64,000 nt of DNA from Clostridia bacterium (GTDB lineage: Bacteria; Bacillota; Clostridia; UMGS1840): positions 76,989 through 140,988 of the forward strand of contig JAZUBQ010000005.1 of assembly GCA_045638525.1 (NCBI GenBank), in the 5' to 3' direction. Shown piece after piece: positions 30,625-40,473 of this stretch; within the stretch, counting starts at the first letter, position 1, and each line of letters opens with the position of its first letter. The position numbers were made by a program, and so were the translations under genes. The notes under the pieces were generated by a model. The model worked only from the letters and a program-made list of their open reading frames with translations. It ran no database searches and was not told where the DNA came from.

Positions 30625-30632
30625 TCTTATTT

Positions 30633-32057
30633 TTATAAATTATAATATTTTTCAAATTCTGCAGGATGCGGAATTTTTGATAGTTCACTCACCTCTGCAC
30701 GTTTGGATTTAATAAAGTTACAAATGAGTTCTTCCGGGAATACATTGCCTGCAGTCAGATAGTCGTGGTCTTTTTCCAACGCATCCAATGCTTCCTCCAA
30801 AGAAGTGGGCAAATGTTTTAATTTTGCTTTTTCTTCTTCGGGTAAGTGGAATAAATTCATATCATAGGGTCCCCAACCATTTTCATGAGGGTCGATTTTG
30901 TTTTTAATGCCGTCAATGCCTGCCATCAAAATTGCGGCATAACAGAAATAGGGATTGCAGGTTGCATCAGGATTCCGAAGCTCAAATCGACGAAGTTTGG
31001 GTTCCTTTGCATAAGCAGGAATTCTGATAACTGCACTACGGTTGGAAGTTGCATAGCCTACAGTAACCGGTGCTTCAAAGCCGGGAACCAGACGTTTGAA
31101 GGAGTTGGTGCTGGGATTGGTGATGGCACACAAAGATGCTATGTGTTTTAACAAACCACCCATAAAATAATGAGCTTCTTTGCTTAAATGAGAGTAACCG
31201 TTATCGTCGGAGAATACAGGCTCTCCGTCTTTTAACAGCAGCATATGAACATGCATACCATTCCCTGCTTCTCCCATAATGGGCTTCGGCATAAAGGTAG
31301 CTGACATTCCGTATTTTCTTGCTGTATTATGGATGATGTACTTAATCATCATAGTTGCATCTGCCATTTCTGACATTTTACCAAGTTCCGGTTCAATTTC
31401 AAACTGTCCACCGGCACCTACCTCAGGATGATGATAATTTAAACGAATCCCTGCATCTTCCATCAGCATACACATTTCACTTCTTGCTTCGTAAGAAGTA
31501 TCAAAAGGTTTGGCAATGTGATAATTCTTTTGCTTTGCAACCACATTTCCAAGTCCTTCCTGATAACTATTCCAATGTGCCTGAGAAGCATCCACAGAAA
31601 AACCAACTGAATTAGGCGAAACTTCCCAACCTACCTGATCAAACAAATAAAACTCAAATTCAGGAAGAATTAACATCGTATCTGCAATGTCACTGTCTTT
31701 CAAATATTGCTCTGCAGCAAGTACAATATTTCTGGGATATTGTTGTAAGGGACGATTTTTTGGACTATCAATAATCATTGCGTTTCCTGTCATAGATAAT
31801 GTAGGAATCTCACAAAACGGGTCAATCATTGCAGTATCAGGATCAGGAATAAAAACCATATCGCTTTTTTCTACCACAGCATATCCATAGTTGGATGCGT
31901 CAAATCCAATACCGTTTTGTAATGTTTTTTCAGAAAAATTCCTTGCGGGGATAGTCACGTGACGAAACTGCCCGTTGATGTCAACCATTTTAAAGTCCAC
32001 CATTTTAATGTCATTTTCCTGAATCATTTTCACAATGTCTGCAACTGTTTTTTTCAT
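30633..32057 (-). CDS. glnA: Glutamine synthetase, type I
   Basis: 474 aa. Motifs FDASNYGY, HPEVGAGGQFEI, GNGMHVHM and NPSTNSFKRLVPGFEAP. Confidence 0.93.
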   Translation of the reverse strand: MKKTVADIVKMIQENDIKMVDFKMVDINGQFRHVTIPARNFSEKTLQNGIGFDASNYGYAVVEKSDMVFIPDPDTAMIDPFCEIPTLSMTGNAMIIDSPKNRPLQQYPRNIVLAAEQYLKDSDIADTMLILPEFEFYLFDQVGWEVSPNSVGFSVDASQAHWNSYQEGLGNVVAKQKNYHIAKPFDTSYEARSEMCMLMEDAGIRLNYHHPEVGAGGQFEIEPELGKMSEMADATMMIKYIIHNTARKYGMSATFMPKPIMGEAGNGMHVHMLLLKDGEPVFSDDNGYSHLSKEAHYFMGGLLKHIASLCAITNPSTNSFKRLVPGFEAPVTVGYATSNRSAVIRIPAYAKEPKLRRFELRNPDATCNPYFCYAAILMAGIDGIKNKIDPHENGWGPYDMNLFHLPEEEKAKLKHLPTSLEEALDALEKDHDYLTAGNVFPEELICNFIKSKRAEVSELSKIPHPAEFEKYYNL

Positions 32058-32128
32058 TGAAACTTCCTCCTTGGTTAAAAATATTTTATTTAGTTTATTA
32101 TCATTCTAAAATAATATAAAGCTACAAC

Positions 32129-32167
32129 AAACGGAGCAAACAAATCAAAACTTGTTATGCTCCGTTT
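32129..32167 (-). terminator. Intrinsic terminator downstream of the AEC transporter gene
   Basis: AAACGGAGCA-AACAA...TTGTT-A-TGCTCCGTTT, about 15 bp of pairing. It is followed on the minus strand by TTGTTGT. Confidence 0.7.
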
Positions 32168-32186
32168 ATATCAAATTCCTATAAAA

Positions 32187-33155
32187 TTATAGCCAAACCA
32201 CAAACACAAGATACATCAAAGGTAAAGTAATCATAGACAATGTGCTGGAAACCATAACCATAGACGCACCTGTTTTCGGGTCTCCTCCAAAGGCGGTAGG
32301 AAATACAATGGTGTTTAATCCGATGGGAGTTGCGAAAGTAAATAACGCCAAAGTCATAATTTCTTTGGGTGTTCCCAAAAGGGTTAATACCAACATAATT
32401 AATGCAGGCAACAAAATCAATCTGAAGAAAGATAATACATATATTTTTGCATTGGCAAACACCTGTTTAATGTCATAACCTGCAATAATGACCCCTGCCA
32501 AAATCATAGCAAGAGGACCATACACATCCCCTGCACTTTTTAAAGCATTGGACACAAAAGAAGGAATATATTTGGACAATCCGGTTAATCCAAGGAAAAT
32601 CCCAACAAATAACGCAATAATCTGAGGTTTTGTGAGCGCTTTTTTCAAGTTTGTAAAGAACGAATCGTTCTGGTCTTTTGGAACCAAAACATACATTCCC
32701 CACACCAGACACACCATTTCAATCAAAGAAGTAAACAAAGTGTGTTTATACAGCATTGTTTCGCCAAATACAGACTTAATCAAAAACATGCCCATAAACC
32801 CGTAATTACCAAAAGTCAAAGCATATTTATAGATATTACGAGAATATTCTTTCTTAGTATCTCCTTTTGACTTCGGAACAAAAAGACGAGAAAGCGGATA
32901 TGAAAGCAATAACGCACATACAGCAATCCCCAACCCATATAATAAAAGCACATAATCATTTTTAAATGCTTCAATTGTACATTGAGAGGATTGCACATAT
33001 AATAACAAACCGGGACCGAAAACAAAAGTTTCCAATTTTGCAATTACTTTATCAGCATTCTCTGCAAGGTCGGTTTTCTTACGAAGAACATAGCCCACTA
33101 AAATCAAAGTGAACATTGTTAACATTTGTTTGAGTGTTAAACCAAAGACGTCCAT
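32187..33155 (-). CDS. AEC (auxin efflux carrier) family permease
   Basis: 322 aa with about 10 TM segments. Mem_trans-like layout with a central hydrophilic loop. Confidence 0.75.
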   Translation of the reverse strand: MDVFGLTLKQMLTMFTLILVGYVLRKKTDLAENADKVIAKLETFVFGPGLLLYVQSSQCTIEAFKNDYVLLLYGLGIAVCALLLSYPLSRLFVPKSKGDTKKEYSRNIYKYALTFGNYGFMGMFLIKSVFGETMLYKHTLFTSLIEMVCLVWGMYVLVPKDQNDSFFTNLKKALTKPQIIALFVGIFLGLTGLSKYIPSFVSNALKSAGDVYGPLAMILAGVIIAGYDIKQVFANAKIYVLSFFRLILLPALIMLVLTLLGTPKEIMTLALFTFATPIGLNTIVFPTAFGGDPKTGASMVMVSSTLSMITLPLMYLVFVVWL

Positions 33156-33275
33156 TTTTTTCTCCTTAGAATCTATATTTTGCTAAACATTATACCATAA
33201 AAAACACAATTTGACAATAGGTAACAAAAAAAGTTTCCTGATTTTTTTGATTTTTTCATAATTTCATAAAAACTA

Positions 33276-33304
33276 TTGACTAATGTTTTAAAATAGTGTA
33301 AAAT
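33276..33304 (+). promoter_or_regulatory. Sigma-A type promoter candidate for tRNA-Arg
   Basis: TTGACT (33276-33281), a 17-nt spacer, then TAAAAT (33299-33304). It sits about 18 nt upstream of the mature tRNA 5' end. Confidence 0.55.
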
Positions 33305-33321
33305 ATAACAGCTATGAATGA

Positions 33322-33398
33322 GCGCCTGTAGCTCAGTTGGATAGAGTATCAGACTCCGACTCTGAAGGTCGTGCGTTCGAATCGCATCAGGCGTACCA
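33322..33398 (+). tRNA. tRNA-Arg (anticodon CCG), CCA encoded
   Basis: Manual cloverleaf: acceptor GCGCCTG/CAGGCGT (G1-U72 wobble), D arm GCTC-AGTTGGATA-GAGT, anticodon arm TCAGA-CTCCGAC-TCTGA (U33, CCG, A37), variable loop AGGTC, T arm GTGCG-TTCGAAT-CGCAT, then ACCA. 77 nt in total. Confidence 0.9.
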
Positions 33399-33406
33399 TA
33401 ACAAAG

Positions 33407-33437
33407 AAAAAGCTACACCCTAACCGTGTAGCTTTTT
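33407..33437 (+). terminator. Intrinsic terminator after tRNA-Arg
   Basis: AAAAAGCTACAC-CCTAACC-GTGTAGCTTTTT. Confidence 0.8.
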
Positions 33438-33460
33438 CTATCCTAAAAAGAGGAATGATA

Positions 33461-34129
33461 ATGGAAATTATTGCAAAAATCGAAACCAAATATACCGAAA
33501 AATTTGGAATTCCCCGTCAAAGTGGATTGGTGGAAAACGAAGGTCGGATTGTTTTTGAAAAAAAATATCGGGTTCCGGAAGCATTTCGAGGACTGGAAGA
33601 CTTTTCTCACATCTGGATTCTGTGGCAGTTTTCAGAAGCCAAGCAAGATAACTGGTCACCTACCGTACGCCCTCCGCTGTTAGGTGGAAACAAACGAATC
33701 GGAGTCTTTGCAACACGTTCCCCCTATCGCCCTAACTCTATCGGACTATCCTGTGTGAAGTTGGAGAGAATTGAATTTACAAAATCAGATGGACCTGTTT
33801 TATATGTTTGCGGAGCCGATTTATTAAACGGTACGCCTATTTATGATATCAAACCCTATCTTCCCTATGCAGACAGTTTTCCCGATGCTATAGGCGGATT
33901 TACTGAACATTTGGCAGAACGTAAACTTGAAGTAAGAATCCAATCAGAAGAATTTAATAATTTGCCCGAAAGTTTGCAACAAGAAATTGTTTCCGTGTTA
34001 TCTCACGATCCAAGACCCTCTTATCAGGATGATGACAAAGTTTATGGTATTAAATATAGTCAATATGAAATTAAATTTCAAGTAAAAGAGCAAATACTAA
34101 CTGTGATTTCAATCGAATCCCAATTATAA
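33461..34129 (+). CDS. trmO: tRNA (N6-threonylcarbamoyladenosine(37)-N6)-methyltransferase TrmO (TsaA/YaeB family)
   Basis: Motifs FGIPRQSG, RSPYRPNSIGLS and GTPIYDIKPY. Start at ATG 33461 (or 33455) after AAGAGGA. The ORF-track start at 33371 runs through the tRNA and its terminator. Confidence 0.85.
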   Translation: MEIIAKIETKYTEKFGIPRQSGLVENEGRIVFEKKYRVPEAFRGLEDFSHIWILWQFSEAKQDNWSPTVRPPLLGGNKRIGVFATRSPYRPNSIGLSCVKLERIEFTKSDGPVLYVCGADLLNGTPIYDIKPYLPYADSFPDAIGGFTEHLAERKLEVRIQSEEFNNLPESLQQEIVSVLSHDPRPSYQDDDKVYGIKYSQYEIKFQVKEQILTVISIESQL

Positions 34130-34167
34130 AAAATAACTCTTGGTTACAAACCAAGAGTTATTTTTTT
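34128..34167. terminator. Bidirectional intrinsic terminator
   Basis: AAAAAA-TAACTCTTGGTT-ACA-AACCAAGAGTTA-TTTTTTT. It lies between trmO (+) and the oxidoreductase gene (-). Confidence 0.85.
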
Positions 34168-34172
34168 AGGAA

Positions 34173-35192
34173 TTAATAGTCAAAACCGTATTTTTTAGCA
34201 ATTTCACGAATGCTTACTTCTTTGCCCTGAATACCGGCTTCTTTCTGCGCTTCCATCAAAAGTGTGGAAATGATTGCAGATTCCGGTTTGTTTTCAGGTT
34301 CAACTTCACCGCGAGTTGCACGAATGAAGTGATCCAGCTGTGCACGATATACATCTTCAAAAACACGAGTTCCGTCGATAATTTCAGTTTTGCCGTCGAT
34401 GGTTCCAAAGATAATTTCTGCAGTATCAAAGTTTCCTTTTACATAACCTTTGTCCCCAACGATTTCAATCGCATGTACCTGAGGATGCTGAATGTAGTCA
34501 AAATGACAGTTAGCAGCCATACTTCCATCTTCCCAACGATACAGAGTATCAATGGAATTTTGGGGAGATGACAGTGCCATATCACCAAGCTTTGCAGCAT
34601 TGGTATATGCATAATCCGGAACAGAACCGGTGAAATAATGCAATAAATCACTATCGTGAATACAATCCATTGCCAATGAATAAGGAGTATGCTCCTGATG
34701 TTTGGTTACAGAACATAATAAAATGTTATGAGAAGAAAATCTGTTGGTAAAATGAACAATGTTACCAAGTTTTCCTTCATCAACCAATGCTTTCATTTTA
34801 CGGATGAAGGGGTCGAAACGGAACATAAAGCCAACAGAAAATACTTTATCGCTTTCTTTTGCACGATTCAGCATTTTCACACAGTCTTCCATGGTGTCGC
34901 TCATGGGTTTTTCGCAGAATACATGTAAACCTGCATCCAAAGCTTCAATCGCCATTTTAGAATGCATCTGATGCGGAGTTGCAATTAAAGCAGCATCCGG
35001 TTTTTCAGCTGCGATTGCATCCTGCATAGAAGCATACAGATTTAAGTCCGGATAATTTTCTGTCATAAAATCTTTACTTGCCGGGCTGGGGTCAACCACG
35101 CTCAACAAAACATCATCTCTTTCAGCCAGCAGTCTTAAATGACGTCTGCCGATACTACCAATACCTACAACACAAATTTTTGTTTGATTCAT
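34173..35192 (-). CDS. Gfo/Idh/MocA family NAD(P)-dependent oxidoreductase
   Basis: 339 aa. N-terminal Rossmann motif KICVVGIGSIGRRHLRLL. EKP motif (CEKPMS). Confidence 0.8.
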   Translation of the reverse strand: MNQTKICVVGIGSIGRRHLRLLAERDDVLLSVVDPSPASKDFMTENYPDLNLYASMQDAIAAEKPDAALIATPHQMHSKMAIEALDAGLHVFCEKPMSDTMEDCVKMLNRAKESDKVFSVGFMFRFDPFIRKMKALVDEGKLGNIVHFTNRFSSHNILLCSVTKHQEHTPYSLAMDCIHDSDLLHYFTGSVPDYAYTNAAKLGDMALSSPQNSIDTLYRWEDGSMAANCHFDYIQHPQVHAIEIVGDKGYVKGNFDTAEIIFGTIDGKTEIIDGTRVFEDVYRAQLDHFIRATRGEVEPENKPESAIISTLLMEAQKEAGIQGKEVSIREIAKKYGFDY

Positions 35193-35223
35193 TTTCTTAT
35201 CTCCTTGTTGTCTTGTTCTCTTC

Positions 35224-36024
35224 TTACCAGTTGGTTAAACCACCGTCAACCACAATGTTGGTTCCGGTCATATAGGAAGATGCATCTGAACATAACAGAA
35301 CGATACCTCCCTGTAATTCTTCTGGTTTACCGGTACGTTTCAACATAGCTTTTGCACTTAATCTTCCAATAAAGTCCATATCAGTTTTGGGTCCGATATT
35401 GGGGAATGCACCGGGAGTTAAGCTGTTTACTCGGATATTATGACGTGCTAAAGCAGATGCACAATATCTGGTATACTGCAGAATGCCGGCTTTACCGGTG
35501 CTGTATGCAGGATGATTCCAGTCGATATTGTCACCATAAATATCAAAGTCAGGAGCAACAATACCATACATAGAACCGATGTTTACGATGTTACCGCCGC
35601 CGTTTGCTTTAAAGTGCGGAATAATTTCTCTGGTGCAACGGAATACAGAGTGTAAAATACCGTCAATCATACCTTCCCAAATAGGATCGGGAGTGGAATC
35701 CAGACGATATTCAATTTTACCGTCAATGGGTTTCGGCGGATAAACTGCACAGTTAACCAAAACATCAATTCTTTTTAATAAAGAAATTGCTTCTGCAAAC
35801 GATTTTTTGATTGCTTCGGGATCACTTAAATCATAAGAAGAGAAAATCAGTTTCCCGTTTTGTTTATAAACATCAAAAGATTCGTCGTAACGGTCTGTTC
35901 TTGCAGGAACAAAAACGGTTGCGCCGTGATCCAGTAATGCTTTTACCATTGCGCTACCTAAAAATCCGGTACCGCCGGTAAAAATCACATTTTTGTTTTC
36001 CATTGAAAAAAGATTGCTTGCCAT
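35224..36024 (-). CDS. Short-chain dehydrogenase/reductase (SDR)
   Basis: TGGTGFLGSAM (TGxxxGxG) and YSTGKAG (YxxxK). Start at ATG 36024 after AAGGTGA. ATG 36045 is an alternative. Confidence 0.8.
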   Translation of the reverse strand: MASNLFSMENKNVIFTGGTGFLGSAMVKALLDHGATVFVPARTDRYDESFDVYKQNGKLIFSSYDLSDPEAIKKSFAEAISLLKRIDVLVNCAVYPPKPIDGKIEYRLDSTPDPIWEGMIDGILHSVFRCTREIIPHFKANGGGNIVNIGSMYGIVAPDFDIYGDNIDWNHPAYSTGKAGILQYTRYCASALARHNIRVNSLTPGAFPNIGPKTDMDFIGRLSAKAMLKRTGKPEELQGGIVLLCSDASSYMTGTNIVVDGGLTNW

Positions 36025-36130
36025 AGTGTACGTCTCACCTTTCATTTTAAAATTGATATTAAAATTATTGTATCATAATTTATTATAATTAACAAGTGTA
36101 TAAACAGGAAGTATTTAATAAAAAAATGTC

Positions 36131-36922
36131 CTATTTATGTTTTGGGTAATCACCAAAGAAATTTTTATATGCAGTTTTAAACGATGCTACGGAAGTATAT
36201 CCGACAGATTCGGCAATTTCTTCTAATGTAGTGTTTCCGCTCATTAACATCGCCTGCGCCATATTCATTCGTGAGTTTAGAAGTATTGTGGAAAAAGTGC
36301 TGTTATACGTTTCTTTTAAGATTCTGGTTAACTGTCGTTCACAAACACCAATTTTTGCAGCAAGTTGTTGTTTACTGCAATCAGCTGTTCGCGCCTGAAC
36401 ATTGAAAAACTCTTCCAAAAGCGCAATTCGTTCGTCATCTAATGTTTGAACAGATACACCAACAGCATCGCCTTCCGAATAAAACAGCTGAGCCAACTTA
36501 ACAAAAAACAATCGCAACTCTGCTTTTATCTGTTCATCCATCCCAAATCCCTTGTGAGTCAACGCATCTAAAACAGATTCAATTCTTGAAATTCCATCAA
36601 ATGTATCTTTAACTTCAATTTCACGGTTCACTTTTGAAATAATCTGACAAATATCTTTTGTTTCATCTTTCGTAAAACTGAACAAAAACGAGCAAATCCG
36701 ACCACTGACTTTCGTTTTAGAGACATGTTCCGTCAAAGGTGGAGTGATGATAAAATACACTTCTCCATCTCGTCTGGTGCAAACAATCTCATAACATGGA
36801 TGTGTATGCTTTCTTGGGGGACGATGGCTCCCTTGAAAGAAGTGACTTGTCAGATATACTTCTATCCCGGGTAGGAAAATACATATAGGTCTTCGATAGA
36901 AAATTTCCATATCATCAAACAC
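36131..36922 (-). CDS. AraC family transcriptional regulator
   Basis: 263 aa. N-terminal cupin-like sensor region and a C-terminal double-HTH AraC signature (LEEIAESVGYTSVASFKTAYKNFFG). Confidence 0.8.
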   Translation of the reverse strand: MFDDMEIFYRRPICIFLPGIEVYLTSHFFQGSHRPPRKHTHPCYEIVCTRRDGEVYFIITPPLTEHVSKTKVSGRICSFLFSFTKDETKDICQIISKVNREIEVKDTFDGISRIESVLDALTHKGFGMDEQIKAELRLFFVKLAQLFYSEGDAVGVSVQTLDDERIALLEEFFNVQARTADCSKQQLAAKIGVCERQLTRILKETYNSTFSTILLNSRMNMAQAMLMSGNTTLEEIAESVGYTSVASFKTAYKNFFGDYPKHK

Positions 36923-36937
36923 TCCTTTTTTAATTTT

Positions 36938-38305
36938 TTATTTGAAATAATTGATAATACCCAAAACAAAAATTATAAAAATAATTGTGGGTAACACATA
37001 GGTCATATATCCTTTCATCCAATTAGGAAGTTTTAAACCTTTTCCGGTATTTGCTTCTTGGGTCAATTTATCCCAGCCAAATCCCTTCCGGTTAACTGCA
37101 AAGATAATATAAACCAGAGAACCTACCGGCAAGATTATGTTAGAAACCAAGAAATCTTCCAAATCCATCAAATTGGAATTTTGTCCAAAAGGATGAATAA
37201 AACTTAAAAGATTAAATCCTAAAATACAAGGCATTACCAGAACAAACATTAAAATTCCGTTCACAAGACAAGCTTTTTTACGACTCATGTTTGTTAAATC
37301 CAAAGTACAGGAAATAATGTTTTCAAACACTGCAAACACGGTGGAAAGTGCAGCAAAGCTCATAAAGATAAAGAAGAAGCTTCCCCAAATTCTTCCTCCT
37401 GCCATATGATTGAAAATATTAGGTAACGTCACAAAAATGAGCGGAGGTCCACTTTCTACATTCACGTTGTACGCAAAACATGCAGGAAAGATAATCAGCC
37501 CCGACGCAATGGCAACAAAAGTATCAAGTAATGAAATGGTTAATGATTCTCCCATCAAGGATCGGTCTTTTCCGATATAGCTTCCAAAAATCGCCATAGA
37601 ACCCATACCGATACTTAAAGTGAAAAACGCCTGATTCATTGCCGCAACAATAACATTGATAAGACCGTGTTCTTGAATTTTCGATGCATCAGGTAACAGA
37701 TAAAAGGCCAAACCTTCTTGTCCGCCGGCTAAAAAGATGCTGTTAATCGCTAATACAATCATAATACCAAGAAGTGCAAGCATCATCCATTTTGTTACTT
37801 TTTCCAAACCATTCTGAACACCGATGGAACAAACAAAAAATCCGATTATAATGACGATACCGGTGTATATAATCAAAGAAACAGGATCTGCGCAAACCTG
37901 GTTAAAAACGCCTCCGATTGCAGCTGCATCCATTCCCGAAAAAGCACCTTTTGCCGTCAGTACAAAATATTGCAACATCCAGCCGGCAACCACAGTATAA
38001 AACATCATCAACAGGTAATTCCCTGCCATTGCAACATACCCGTGCCAATGCCATTTTTGCCCAGGTTGTTCTAAAGCGTCATATAATTTTACAGGACTTC
38101 TCCCTGCTGCACGCCCCAATGAAAACTCAACGGTCAATGCAGGAACACCCATTAGTAATAAAAAAACAAGATAAATTAAAACAAATAATCCGCCACCATA
38201 CTGTCCGGCAATATACGGGAATTTCCATACATTCCCAATTCCGATAGCACAACCTGCACTAATTAAAATAAATCCAAGTCGACTACCTAATTTTTCTCTC
38301 TGCAT
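36938..38305 (-). CDS. Sodium-dependent transporter, SNF (neurotransmitter:sodium symporter) family
   Basis: 455 aa with about 11-12 TM segments. N-terminal SRLGFILISAGCAIGIGNVWKFPYIAGQYGGG is the NSS signature. Confidence 0.88.
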   Translation of the reverse strand: MQREKLGSRLGFILISAGCAIGIGNVWKFPYIAGQYGGGLFVLIYLVFLLLMGVPALTVEFSLGRAAGRSPVKLYDALEQPGQKWHWHGYVAMAGNYLLMMFYTVVAGWMLQYFVLTAKGAFSGMDAAAIGGVFNQVCADPVSLIIYTGIVIIIGFFVCSIGVQNGLEKVTKWMMLALLGIMIVLAINSIFLAGGQEGLAFYLLPDASKIQEHGLINVIVAAMNQAFFTLSIGMGSMAIFGSYIGKDRSLMGESLTISLLDTFVAIASGLIIFPACFAYNVNVESGPPLIFVTLPNIFNHMAGGRIWGSFFFIFMSFAALSTVFAVFENIISCTLDLTNMSRKKACLVNGILMFVLVMPCILGFNLLSFIHPFGQNSNLMDLEDFLVSNIILPVGSLVYIIFAVNRKGFGWDKLTQEANTGKGLKLPNWMKGYMTYVLPTIIFIIFVLGIINYFK

Positions 38306-38345
38306 AAAATGTTCTCCTTCTTATGTTTGAAATAAAGTCTTACCA

Positions 38346-38873
38346 TCAATTAACGGTTGTGTTAACTTCTTTCTTGCGATAGCGTATCAATCCGATAATT
38401 GCAGAAATAATAGAGATTGTTTCAAAAACGATTCCACCATAAGAATGTTCGATAATATCGTAAATCAAAACCAATGTACAAGTTATCAACACACTTTTTC
38501 TAACATTCTGAACATTCTTAAAGGATAAACACACCGTATTAATAACCAAACCGGAAATAATTAAAACAGATTGTATTCCGTTGGCTGAATAAATCCCCAA
38601 CACAAGCATAATACAAGCAAACAAAATGGGAAACAATCTCGGTTTATAAAAACTTTTATCTTTGTGAAAATAAACAATATTACGAACAACGCCCACACCG
38701 TTTAACACAGCTGCCGGAATTGCTCCCAATAAATAATAGTGTACGGAAAACACTGCACAAATCATCAACTGCACCAACAGTAGTTGTTTATCGTTTTTTA
38801 CCTGATAAGCAATAAAGCCTAAGATAACTGCAACAACTCCAAGCGCTTGTCCTATCATTAATGAAATATCCAT
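38346..38873 (-). CDS. YgjV-family inner membrane protein
   Basis: 175 aa with 5-6 TM segments. The pattern LGFIAYQVKNDKQLLLVQLMICAVFSVHYYLLGA is typical of YgjV-like proteins. Confidence 0.65.
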   Translation of the reverse strand: MDISLMIGQALGVVAVILGFIAYQVKNDKQLLLVQLMICAVFSVHYYLLGAIPAAVLNGVGVVRNIVYFHKDKSFYKPRLFPILFACIMLVLGIYSANGIQSVLIISGLVINTVCLSFKNVQNVRKSVLITCTLVLIYDIIEHSYGGIVFETISIISAIIGLIRYRKKEVNTTVN

Positions 38874-38912
38874 TCAAAACCTCTTTCCCAGGTTATATCT
38901 TCCAACCCAAAA

Positions 38913-40370
38913 CTAAATTATAATTTTTTCAATTGTTTGGCTTTCAAATTTTAAATCCCCGTCAACATAAACTTTAAAACCTGCACCTTTTTGGTATCTG
39001 TCACCGGTTTTATCCCATAAAATCGTCAAATATTTGCCATGATATAAAATTCCGTCAGCACAAAAATAGTCCAGATCAGTTTCCAAAAACAGAGGATTAA
39101 TTTCAATTTTCTCATCATCTCTGGCTCTGACTCCTGCCAGACCATTTAACACCAAATCGCAATAAGTGGAATGATTGTAATGAGCACCTCTGGTTCTTTG
39201 CATTTCATCCCAACCTAATTCTCTGATATTTTTACGAGTCAACCACTCCCCGGTAAAAGGATCCAGATTTTCATCTACATAGGGAACCTTCTCCCCTGCC
39301 TCATTAATGTCGTACTGAGAATTTGCATATAGATGTAATAAATTAAAATAATCTGTTTTAGCTAAAACATCCTGGTTATAATTATTTAAGAAGTTTCCAA
39401 GAGCGGTCAAAGTCTGAGCTGTTGCAAAGGGCCAAGAAGGTCCATTCCATAAGCAAACATGAGGAAACGCTCTCATAAAATCCCGATAGTTCTGTTCTAC
39501 AGTCGTTGGACCATAGGGTGCATAGAAATAATTTTTATCATTTAAAAATTTCCAAGCATCGTTTTTATCTTCGTCCGGCATATTAAAATACCAGGGAAGA
39601 TATCCAATCAGTTCACGAATATCACAAAGCCAATATCCGTTTTTTCTATTTTTATAAAAAGATGCCTCATGATCCCAAAGCAACCAATCCATCTTTTGTT
39701 TTTGCTCTTTTGCTTCGGTTTCAAAATATTCTTTTTCTTCGGTTTTACCAAGTCTGTCCGCAATTTTAGATAAAGCGACCGCATCCCCATAGTGATATGA
39801 GTTAACGGAAGGACGACAACCATTGCCGCTTGCGGAATATTCCATACCATCAAAATCGTCAACCTGATACAAAAGATTTGCACTCTCAGAAAAACTAAGT
39901 CTTTTTTTCCAGTTTTCGTAGTTTTCTTTCAAGGCTTCATAAAGAGATTCCACAAGAGAAAAATCACCTGTTACACTGCACATTCCATAAATTGCATCCG
40001 AAAACCAGGTGCTGTACTGCATCGGACTCGCTTCAGATTTGAACCAAAAACGTGCATAGTCATTCATATGCGTCTGATTATGCAACCATCTGCCTTCATA
40101 CAGATGATGTCCCGCTCCGCAAACAATAGTCCCATAAATACCGCCCCAACAAACCTCCGGTGTAAACTCAGTAACAACATACCCAAGCGGTGTTTGCTTG
40201 ATATGACTACAAAAGCTGTGCCAACGATAATAGTAAACCTCTTCGATTGCTTTATCTGAACTGTCAATCAGAGGAATCCCTACACAAAATGGAGAAATTC
40301 CGCTGATTTCGGACGAATATCTTTCTTTTATATCATTTTCGTTTAAAATTGTATATTTGTAATTTTCCAT
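38913..40370 (-). CDS. (alpha/alpha)6-barrel glycoside hydrolase, GH63 / MGH1-like / trehalase-like superfamily
   Basis: CLWNGPSWPFATAQTLTALG and the DPFTGEW region are typical of this barrel family. No signal peptide. Start at ATG 40370 after GGAG; the ORF-track TTG at 40385 contains that RBS. Confidence 0.6.
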   Translation of the reverse strand: MENYKYTILNENDIKERYSSEISGISPFCVGIPLIDSSDKAIEEVYYYRWHSFCSHIKQTPLGYVVTEFTPEVCWGGIYGTIVCGAGHHLYEGRWLHNQTHMNDYARFWFKSEASPMQYSTWFSDAIYGMCSVTGDFSLVESLYEALKENYENWKKRLSFSESANLLYQVDDFDGMEYSASGNGCRPSVNSYHYGDAVALSKIADRLGKTEEKEYFETEAKEQKQKMDWLLWDHEASFYKNRKNGYWLCDIRELIGYLPWYFNMPDEDKNDAWKFLNDKNYFYAPYGPTTVEQNYRDFMRAFPHVCLWNGPSWPFATAQTLTALGNFLNNYNQDVLAKTDYFNLLHLYANSQYDINEAGEKVPYVDENLDPFTGEWLTRKNIRELGWDEMQRTRGAHYNHSTYCDLVLNGLAGVRARDDEKIEINPLFLETDLDYFCADGILYHGKYLTILWDKTGDRYQKGAGFKVYVDGDLKFESQTIEKIII

Positions 40371-40473
40371 GGTTGTCTGCTCCAATCATTCAGATTAGTA
40401 ACGATAATAATCAAAAGATTTTCCAATAATCTTCTTAGCATATTATAACACAGAAACATTCCATTTGTCAAAT

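Noticed and set aside
32058-32128. GlnR/TnrA operator (TGTNA-N7-TNACA) upstream of glnA.
   Set aside because: I could not find a match by eye. Only weak AT-rich palindromes such as TTAT-N9-ATAA are present, so I make no call.
33156-34170. tRNA-Arg as an integration hotspot for a genomic island or prophage.
   Set aside because: No integrase, recombinase or phage-like ORF lies within the flanking genes, which are an AEC permease, trmO and oxidoreductases. I saw no obvious duplicated copy of the tRNA 3' end nearby.
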